This document shows, one piece after another, positions 27,659 to 35,391 of a stretch of DNA of 35,391 bases. A program made the position numbers and the translations under genes. Source of the stretch: Bdellovibrionales bacterium. GTDB lineage: Bacteria > Bdellovibrionota > Bdellovibrionia > Bdellovibrionales > UBA840. Each line of letters starts with the position of its first letter. The first letter of the stretch is position 1. The notes below the pieces were generated by a model. It was not told the DNA's origin and made no database searches. It saw nothing but the letters and a program-made list of their open reading frames with translations. The stretch spans positions 1-35,391 of the forward strand of contig JBBKWS010000090.1 of the NCBI GenBank assembly GCA_037969075.1. The letters run 5' to 3'.

Positions 27659-29254
27659 CTATTTATTAACTTTTTTCACACGTCTTTTTAAAACTCGCAA
27701 TAGCTCATTGGCCTCTTCTAAACCTAAAAGTTTTGAACTTACAAAATAAGTAACTGCAGCTATAGCTAGGGTAATACTAAGACATAGTACCCTACCCATT
27801 TCAGTGCCAAGAAGCACGTTTCCAATTACTGGGTAAATAGAAAAGCTTAATACCATCATAAAAGAACTTACAGATACCTTCAAAAAACTACCTAGAATGC
27901 CTTTAATCGGTGTTGCAGGGAATTTTATATAAAATACGGCAAATAAGACGAGCATTCCCACGGCAGAACTTATGGCGGTAGACGCAGCGATCCCTTTTAA
28001 TCCAAATTCATTAATAGTAATCGATACAAGTGCCACATGAAAACAGAGGATTAAAAAACTAATAGCGGTTGGAAGCCAATAATACCTTAGAGAGTAGAAC
28101 GCTGCATTTACTATTTTTAACAACGTGTATGCGACGAGAGCTAGGGCATATACCTCTAATACGTCAGCAGTTTGTATCATGTCGTTACCCCCAAATTTAC
28201 CTCGTAAAAAGAGAGTGCTAACAATTTCTTGTGAAAGAAAATACAGAGTGGCCGCAGAAGGGATAGATAAATATAAAGAGAATTTTACACTTTGAACAAA
28301 TTGATGTCGAAATTGCACCCAGTGCATTTTACTAACAGCTTCAGCCAGTGAAGGAAGAAGCGCTGTGCCCAAACTCACACTGATTAAAGATAATGGAAGC
28401 TCTAAAAGTCTATCTGCGTAGTAAATCCAAGAATTACTGCCGCTCTCGAGTCCTGAGGCAAATTTAACATTGATCAATGTAGTAAATTGTAAAACACCAA
28501 TAGTCACAATTCCTGGGATCATATTTTTAAAAACTTTGCCAATCGCAGGGTCATTAAACTTAAAAGAGAATTTAGGAAAGTAACCTAATTTATAAAGCGG
28601 CGGCAATAAGAACGCCATTTGTAAAAAACCACCAACTAAGACTGCATATGACAATAAATCCCCTGGATATGCCACCCATGCTTTTGGCATTAGCGCAAAT
28701 GAGATTAAACTTAAATTTAAAAATATAGGGGTAAATGCTGGCCAAAAAAACTTTTTAAACGTATTTAATTGCGCCATAAAAAAAGCATAGATGCATATAA
28801 AAAACAAAAAGAAGAACATAATCTTCGAATACCTTACAGTAGCCGCAACTTTACCAGGAATATCAGTAAATCCCTTGCCATCCACAAGGGGATGAATAAT
28901 CTGTTCTGAAAACAAAATACCTAATATCGACAAGGTGAATAAAGTAAGAAACAAAATGGTAAATATGCTCCAACTAAACTGCTTTGCGGCTTCCTTTCCA
29001 TCTTTTTCAATTTTATCTACAAATTCTGGTATAAAACTGGCTGAAAAAGCTCCTTCCCCAAAGATTCTACGTAGTAAATTAGGAATTCTGAAGGCAACAA
29101 ACCAAGAATCCGTGACTGTCACTAAAAACTGAGAAGAGACGACAACATCTCTCACCAACCCAGCAATCCTTGAGGAAAAAGTCCCCAGAGCCATAGCTAA
29201 TGCTGATTTTACCAATGATTTCTGAGGCTTAGGCTGCGTATCAATCCCACTCAT
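27659..29254 (-). CDS. murJ: Lipid II flippase MurJ
   Basis: SRIAGLVRD, AFRIPNLLRRIFGEGAFSASFIP, YYADRLLELP, LFLRGKF. Start moved to ATG 29254 with AAGGA upstream. Confidence 0.94.
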   Translation of the reverse strand: MSGIDTQPKPQKSLVKSALAMALGTFSSRIAGLVRDVVVSSQFLVTVTDSWFVAFRIPNLLRRIFGEGAFSASFIPEFVDKIEKDGKEAAKQFSWSIFTILFLTLFTLSILGILFSEQIIHPLVDGKGFTDIPGKVAATVRYSKIMFFFLFFICIYAFFMAQLNTFKKFFWPAFTPIFLNLSLISFALMPKAWVAYPGDLLSYAVLVGGFLQMAFLLPPLYKLGYFPKFSFKFNDPAIGKVFKNMIPGIVTIGVLQFTTLINVKFASGLESGSNSWIYYADRLLELPLSLISVSLGTALLPSLAEAVSKMHWVQFRHQFVQSVKFSLYLSIPSAATLYFLSQEIVSTLFLRGKFGGNDMIQTADVLEVYALALVAYTLLKIVNAAFYSLRYYWLPTAISFLILCFHVALVSITINEFGLKGIAASTAISSAVGMLVLFAVFYIKFPATPIKGILGSFLKVSVSSFMMVLSFSIYPVIGNVLLGTEMGRVLCLSITLAIAAVTYFVSSKLLGLEEANELLRVLKRRVKKVNK

Positions 29255-29358
29255 ATTTTCCTTTTTGGTGACAATGTAAACTTTTGCTACTTGCATTGCC
29301 CTAAGATTCTGTGCTATCTACTTACTTCTTTAATATAGAATATTTGTGGAGGTTTAGT

Positions 29359-29622
29359 TTGGCAAATCATAAGTCGGCAGCAAAGCGCGCTCGTCAGTCA
29401 GATGCAAAGAAAGTTAGAAATTTAGCTACTAAAAATGGCGTTCGTAGCCTTGAAAAGAAAGTTCGAACAGCTATTACTGCAAAAGATGCTAAAGCAACTG
29501 AGTTATTACGCGAATTTGCTAGCAAAGTATCAAAAGCCGCTAAAAAAGGTGCTATTCCTGCAAAGACTGCTTCTCGCAAAGTTGCAAGATTAGCCACTCA
29601 GGTTTCAGCTCTTACTAAGTAA
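29359..29622 (+). CDS. rpsT: 30S ribosomal protein S20
   Basis: ANHKSAAKRARQ...KKGAIPAKTASRKVARL. TTG start at 29359 with GGAGG at 29348-29352. Confidence 0.96.
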   Translation: MANHKSAAKRARQSDAKKVRNLATKNGVRSLEKKVRTAITAKDAKATELLREFASKVSKAAKKGAIPAKTASRKVARLATQVSALTK

Positions 29623-29627
29623 TTCAA

Positions 29628-30014
29628 TTATTTATTGATTGTGAGGAGTTTGCGCTCCTCCTCGGACTCTTGCTCTGATTTAGCAGCGATGTATTCTCTT
29701 ATACCCTTTTTTCCGTCATAATCTAAGTTTGTAAAAAGCATTCCGTAGTAGTGCTTACCATCGTTTTCACGGTAAGATCTAACCTCAGCTTTTACAATAC
29801 AGATCCCCGTTGAAGGTAAAAGAAAGTTAATTAGCCAGGTGGTGTCCTCACTAACTACAATAGGCTCTGTGCACTCAATCAACATTCCACCTTCACCGAT
29901 CTCGTTACCAAGCCCAATGTGGTATATCCCTTCACACAATAGACTTACACTACGCTTAAAAATACGCCTTGGAAATCGTCTACGTGCTAAGCCCGGAGCT
30001 ACTTCTTCTTTCAT
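29628..30014 (-). CDS. Stand-alone PilZ-domain protein
   Basis: RRFPR (RxxxR), EIGEGGMLI, then beta-barrel pattern ending YGMLF. Confidence 0.82.
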   Translation of the reverse strand: MKEEVAPGLARRRFPRRIFKRSVSLLCEGIYHIGLGNEIGEGGMLIECTEPIVVSEDTTWLINFLLPSTGICIVKAEVRSYRENDGKHYYGMLFTNLDYDGKKGIREYIAAKSEQESEEERKLLTINK

Positions 30015-30020
30015 GTATCA

Positions 30021-30047
30021 TTATCGGAATTTTATACAGATAACTAG
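30021..30047 (-). promoter_or_regulatory. Possible sigma28 (FliA)-type promoter of the PilZ gene
   Basis: CTAG, 15 nt spacer, TCCGATAA (30028-30021), 6 nt, ATG. Weak -35; a sigma70 -10-like TAAAAT also lies in the spacer. Confidence 0.45.
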
Positions 30048-31051
30048 AGCTCTGGCTGACAAGACTTAAGTACAAAATTCTCAAGCCAAATACTTGTAGA
30101 AACCGGAGAGGATTTTAACGCTCGGTCAGTGAGTAATAAAGCCCTGTGTAGATGCTCTAAGCGCTCTTCTGACCAATACCTGGCCTGTCCAATGTATTGA
30201 TTGATAAAGTACGGAGGTACACCCGCACGAACGGCCAACTGACTAGCAGTGACCCCCTCTTTGATTCCCTCTTTTACTAAATTTAAAATTCGAACGTGTC
30301 GCGCAATTAAGGCCATAATCCCTAATTCATTCTCACCTTGGTCTAACAAATTCGCCAAAAAATAGAGTGACCTAGCTAAGTCTTGTTCTGCAATCGATTT
30401 AGTAAGATCAAATACACTCTCCATTCTGTGCTTCGAAACTACTGCTTTTACATCATCAATTTTTACCTCGGCCTTATCCCCAACAAATTGACTCAATTTT
30501 TGCATTTCATTTTCGATATCCGTTAAACTATTACCCACCATCTGAATCAACGCATTTTGTGCTTCGCGGTCTATGGTTAAACCTTTATCTTTTGCAATTT
30601 TTTGCACCCAACCAGGAACATCTGACATAGAGGGAGGATCAAATTTTACCACTGCACTTTGTGCAACCAATGACTTAAAAAACTTTTTACGAGCATCCAT
30701 TTTTTTACCAATCAATACTACACAAGTAGTATCGATTGGCTTTTCAATTAGCTGCATAAGTACGTCTTGATCCTTAGTTTTCAGTTCTGAAATTTGTCTA
30801 ACTACAACTAAGCGCTTTGGTGAGAACATAGGAAGAGTCTCTGCTGTGTCTAAAATGTGCTGAGCACTTGTGTCTGTATAATAAAATACATCTAAATTAA
30901 AATCACTAGGCCCTTCGCCAAGACACTGTTTTTGTAACTGCGCTAAAACAGATTGCACCAAATACATTTCATCGCCATAAAAATAATAAACCGGTGAAAT
31001 TCGTCCTTGCGAAACATGATTTAATATTTGGTTCGGTGTTAACTGCGGCAT
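30044..31051 (-). CDS. holA: DNA polymerase III delta subunit
   Basis: PVYYFYGDE, DFN, AETLPMFSPKRLVVV, ENEMQKL, SVFDL, TDRALKSS. Follows lptE. Confidence 0.92.
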   Translation of the reverse strand: MPQLTPNQILNHVSQGRISPVYYFYGDEMYLVQSVLAQLQKQCLGEGPSDFNLDVFYYTDTSAQHILDTAETLPMFSPKRLVVVRQISELKTKDQDVLMQLIEKPIDTTCVVLIGKKMDARKKFFKSLVAQSAVVKFDPPSMSDVPGWVQKIAKDKGLTIDREAQNALIQMVGNSLTDIENEMQKLSQFVGDKAEVKIDDVKAVVSKHRMESVFDLTKSIAEQDLARSLYFLANLLDQGENELGIMALIARHVRILNLVKEGIKEGVTASQLAVRAGVPPYFINQYIGQARYWSEERLEHLHRALLLTDRALKSSPVSTSIWLENFVLKSCQPEL

Positions 31052-31620
31052 TAATAAGACTCCGTCATTAAATTATACGCCTTCGTCATCAAATCTTGAG
31101 ATATAATTTTAAGATTCTCATGTAGAGCACTTTGATTATAATTAGGGTTGGCAGAATTGTAAAGAGCTTCCCCTATCTGCGCTGATGCAAAGGTTCTCTC
31201 GCCCGTGAAGCGCTGGCTAAACAACACCATTTGATCGGATTTTCTGCGCACTCGAATATTCACTTCAACCAATACTTTATAACTACTCACTAATTCGATA
31301 TCTACACTCAGTTTTGGCCTACTTAATGATGGCACGTTGGCTAAACCCTCACCCCTAACTTCAATACGACTCACTTCACCTTCCAGCACAATTAGCGCCT
31401 TATCTTGTGAGGTGATTGAGTTCTTGGATCTAATGATTTCTTCAGTCATTGCGTTCGTAAAATAGACCTCACTGCCAACTTCTTGTGTTTTATTTCTAAA
31501 AATGGGAACTGCGATCTCTCTATACTTTCCAGGCAGCGCCTCATTGCGATTACCCCACTGGTAACCACAGCCAGACAATAAACTAATTATTAGTATAGAT
31601 ATCCAAATTTTAAGACTCAT
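31051..31620 (-). CDS. lptE: LPS assembly lipoprotein LptE
   Basis: Lipobox LLSG-C-GY, IAVPIFRNKT, coupled to holA. Start taken as ATG 31620, giving a normal-length signal peptide. Confidence 0.8.
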   Translation of the reverse strand: MSLKIWISILIISLLSGCGYQWGNRNEALPGKYREIAVPIFRNKTQEVGSEVYFTNAMTEEIIRSKNSITSQDKALIVLEGEVSRIEVRGEGLANVPSLSRPKLSVDIELVSSYKVLVEVNIRVRRKSDQMVLFSQRFTGERTFASAQIGEALYNSANPNYNQSALHENLKIISQDLMTKAYNLMTESY

Positions 31621-31630
31621 TATGAAGATC

Positions 31631-31659
31631 AGCCTATACGCTCTCATAAAATATTTCAA
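31631..31659 (-). promoter_or_regulatory. Sigma70-type promoter of lptE-holA
   Basis: TTGAAA (31659-31654), 17 nt spacer, TAGGCT (31636-31631), 10 nt, ATG 31620; no SD. Confidence 0.6.
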
Positions 31660-31737
31660 TCACAGAATTCGCACCTTTTACCATCAAGTTTAAAGATTTT
31701 TGCATACATCGCATTGATTTTATCCTATAAAGAGAGC

Positions 31738-32877
31738 ATGAATTACCCTTACCGCCTACTAGCACCGGGACCGGTTCAGATCCCTGAATATGCTAGAAAA
31801 ATACTAGCCTCACCTATGATACATCATCGTGCTCCTTTGTTTATAAAAGAGCTCGAACAAGTTTTTGTAAATCTTAAAAAAGTTTTTTTTACAGATGAAC
31901 CCGTTTATATTTTATCATCCACTGGTTCAGGTGCGATGGAAGCTGCTATTGCTAACACCTTATCGCCAGGTGACAGAGTCATCGCAGTCGATGCCGGAAA
32001 ATTTGGCGAACGCTGGGCAAAAATGGCAAAGGCCTACCAGTTAAAAGTAGAAACGATTCATGTCACATGGGGCGAATCTGTGACTGAACAGCAAGTGACT
32101 GAGGCTTTAGAGCAATTTCCAGATGCTAAGGCTGTACTTGTGCAAGCAACTGAAACATCCACCGGCGTATTACAACCTATCAAAGAAATTGCATCTATCA
32201 TAAAAAAATATCCAAATTGCCTTTTATTAGTAGATGCCATCACATCTATTTTATCTACTGATTTAAAAATGGACGAGTGGAATATTGATGTAGTGGTTGC
32301 AGGATCACAAAAAGCATTTATGCTCCCAACTGGCTTGTCATTTATATCCCTTTCAAAAAAAGCGCAGATGGTAATGGCAAACATAAAGTGTACTAACTTT
32401 TATTTTGATTTAAAAACAGAGCAAAAAGCTTATGAATCAGGGCAAACAAAGTTTTCTTCCTCTGTGGCCGAAATAAGAGCGCTGCATGCAATACTAACTC
32501 ATATTTTAAAAGATGGTGTCAGTAGTTTAACAAAAGATATCCAAGCTCGTGCACGTATCACAAGACTTGGTGTTGAAGCACTGGGTCTTACCACTTATCC
32601 CACAATACCATCCCCATCGCTAACTGTGGTTAATATTCCTGACGGAGTAGACGGTAAAAAATTACGCCGCCACATTGAAGAGAAATACAATATTACTTTT
32701 ATGGGCGGGCAAGACCAGCTTGAAGGTAAAATTATTAGAATTGGCCACCTTGGTGCTATTAGCCAAGAAGATGTAGTCGCTAGTATTGAGTTTTTAGGAA
32801 AAGCCTTGAATGACCTTGGGTATAAGAGTGATTGGCAAGCAGCTGTTACACAGGTATTAAAAGAATATGAAGCATAA
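31738..32877 (+). CDS. Class V PLP aminotransferase (serine-pyruvate/alanine-glyoxylate/phosphoserine type)
   Basis: LAPGPV, HHR, STGSGAMEA, GKFGERW, ETSTG, VDAI, GSQKAFMLPTG (PLP lysine), RIGHLG. Confidence 0.9.
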   Translation: MNYPYRLLAPGPVQIPEYARKILASPMIHHRAPLFIKELEQVFVNLKKVFFTDEPVYILSSTGSGAMEAAIANTLSPGDRVIAVDAGKFGERWAKMAKAYQLKVETIHVTWGESVTEQQVTEALEQFPDAKAVLVQATETSTGVLQPIKEIASIIKKYPNCLLLVDAITSILSTDLKMDEWNIDVVVAGSQKAFMLPTGLSFISLSKKAQMVMANIKCTNFYFDLKTEQKAYESGQTKFSSSVAEIRALHAILTHILKDGVSSLTKDIQARARITRLGVEALGLTTYPTIPSPSLTVVNIPDGVDGKKLRRHIEEKYNITFMGGQDQLEGKIIRIGHLGAISQEDVVASIEFLGKALNDLGYKSDWQAAVTQVLKEYEA

Positions 32878-33838
32878 AATACTTATTTTAGACCGTTTTC
32901 ATGAGACTGGCCTTAAAATTTTAAGAAATCAGCCAAACTTGGATATTACACATCAAGTAAGTCCCGAGCTAAATACAAATCAAAATTATGAACACGATAT
33001 CCTAATCACTAGATCACGAACTAAAATTAATAGTCGTCTACTCGAACTTTTACCAAATTTAAAGCTAGTGATTAGTGTTACAAGTGGTTTTGATCATATT
33101 GATTTAAATGCTATCAAAGCTCATAAGTTGCAGGTTGAATATTGCCCTGAGGCTAACGCTGATTCTGCTGCAGAGCTTGCATGGGGACTTTTATTGTCTA
33201 CCACGAGAAACATTCCCCAAGCTCATACTCAAGTAACAAAAGGACTATGGAGAAATGAGCACCTTATTGGGAGAACTTTAAAAGATAGTACGCTATTGAT
33301 CATAGGCTTTGGTAGAATTGGCAAAAGGGTCGCGAATTTTGCTCATGCTTTTGGCCTAAAAATTATTGTTTGCGATCCTTATGTTGAAAATTTACCGTCG
33401 TGGGCAGATGCCGTAACTTTAGAAGAAGGCTTAAAGAACTGTGATATTGTCAGTTTACACGTACCAAAAACAAATAAAACATTTCACCTTTTACATGCAG
33501 ATAATTTATCATTACTTTCTCCTCACGCAATTCTAATAAATACTTCACGTGGAGATGTGGTTGAAGAAAAGGCTCTTTTACATGCTCTAGCTTCAAAATC
33601 TATTCGTGCAGCTGGCTTAGATGTGTTTGCTAAAGAACCACTTGCAGAGAACTCAATGTATTTTGAGTTAAAAAATGTCGTCCTAAGCCCACACGCTGGC
33701 GCTTTCACCGAAGATGCTTACAAGCTAGGAGCCATACAGTGCGCAGAAAAAGTGCTCGCTTTTTTAAAAGGTGAGCCGGCCTCTCACCCTCTACCCCCGC
33801 AGACAGCTTGGGTAAATGATTTAGATACATTGCCCTAA
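32867..33838 (+). CDS. D-isomer 2-hydroxyacid dehydrogenase, short SerA-like
   Basis: RSRT, GFDHID, NADSAAE, GFGRIG, NTSRG, DVFAKEP, SPHAGA (Arg/Glu/His triad). No ACT domain. Confidence 0.87.
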   Translation: MKHKILILDRFHETGLKILRNQPNLDITHQVSPELNTNQNYEHDILITRSRTKINSRLLELLPNLKLVISVTSGFDHIDLNAIKAHKLQVEYCPEANADSAAELAWGLLLSTTRNIPQAHTQVTKGLWRNEHLIGRTLKDSTLLIIGFGRIGKRVANFAHAFGLKIIVCDPYVENLPSWADAVTLEEGLKNCDIVSLHVPKTNKTFHLLHADNLSLLSPHAILINTSRGDVVEEKALLHALASKSIRAAGLDVFAKEPLAENSMYFELKNVVLSPHAGAFTEDAYKLGAIQCAEKVLAFLKGEPASHPLPPQTAWVNDLDTLP

Positions 33839-33863
33839 GTCGTGACTTGAAATTTTACTCTAA

Positions 33864-35198
<1,335 letters not shown>

Positions 35199-35259
35199 AT
35201 GGATAAATGCTCAGAAATTTTGCTACTTTAGGCATTTTAGGTTTTTATTTTTAGAAAGA

Positions 35260-35288
35260 TTGACTCAAAACGAAAGTCTGATTAAAAA
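35260..35288 (+). promoter_or_regulatory. Possible sigma70 promoter of the tRNA
   Basis: TTGACT (35260-35265), 17 nt spacer, TAAAAA, with an AT-rich upstream tract; the -10 lacks the final T. Confidence 0.4.
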
Positions 35289-35309
35289 GTTCTTTCTCTA
35301 GTAAGTTGT

Positions 35310-35385
35310 GGGCCGATAGCTCAGTCGGTAGAGCATATCCCTTTTAAGGATAGGGTCGATGGTTCGAGTCCATCTCGGCTCACCA
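35310..35385 (+). tRNA. tRNA-Lys, anticodon TTT
   Basis: 76-nt cloverleaf: acceptor GGGCCGA/TCGGCTC, D-arm GCTC/GAGC, anticodon stem TATCC/GGATA with loop CTTTTAA, T-arm GATGG-TTCGAGT-CCATC, encoded CCA. Confidence 0.97.
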
Positions 35386-35391
35386 ATTTTT

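Noticed and set aside
2029..33708. The many short antisense or overlapping ORFs in the track (e.g. 2487..2858, 9992..10414, 23732..24091, 25208..25564, 27000..27380, 32058..32384)
   Set aside because: They lie opposite well-supported genes, mostly mirror their codon phase, and show no family motifs.
35205..35252. Terminator after purA (AAATGC...GCATTT plus T-rich tail)
   Set aside because: Only a 6-bp AT-rich stem around a 21-nt loop; too weak to call.

Overview
AT-rich, very compact bacterial core-genome region. Gene content and order point to Bdellovibrionota or a related deltaproteobacterial-type lineage (inference from recalled synteny, no search run). About 26 kb is one minus-strand run of 23 genes: 7TM-HD hydrolase, ybeY, prfB (+1 frameshift), lolC/E, lolD, bamA, skp, fabZ, lpxA, unknown ORF, lpxB, lpxK, lpxL, DUF3108-like lipoprotein, two GT9 heptosyltransferases, ribF, degenerate aroE-like gene, pilB, pilT, pilC, pilS, pilR. 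The rest is a partial DUF2145-like gene at the left edge, then mazG, murJ, rpsT, a PilZ protein, holA, lptE, a class V aminotransferase, a SerA-like dehydrogenase, purA and tRNA-Lys(UUU). I see no mobile element, CRISPR array, defence system or repeat array, and I cannot claim a new multi-gene system. The best leads are two intact but apparently catalytically dead oxidoreductase-like genes in conserved operon slots, a recurring leaderless or very-short-leader promoter architecture (including prfB), and FliA-like promoters on two cyclic-dinucleotide-related genes. All family calls are from motif recognition by eye.
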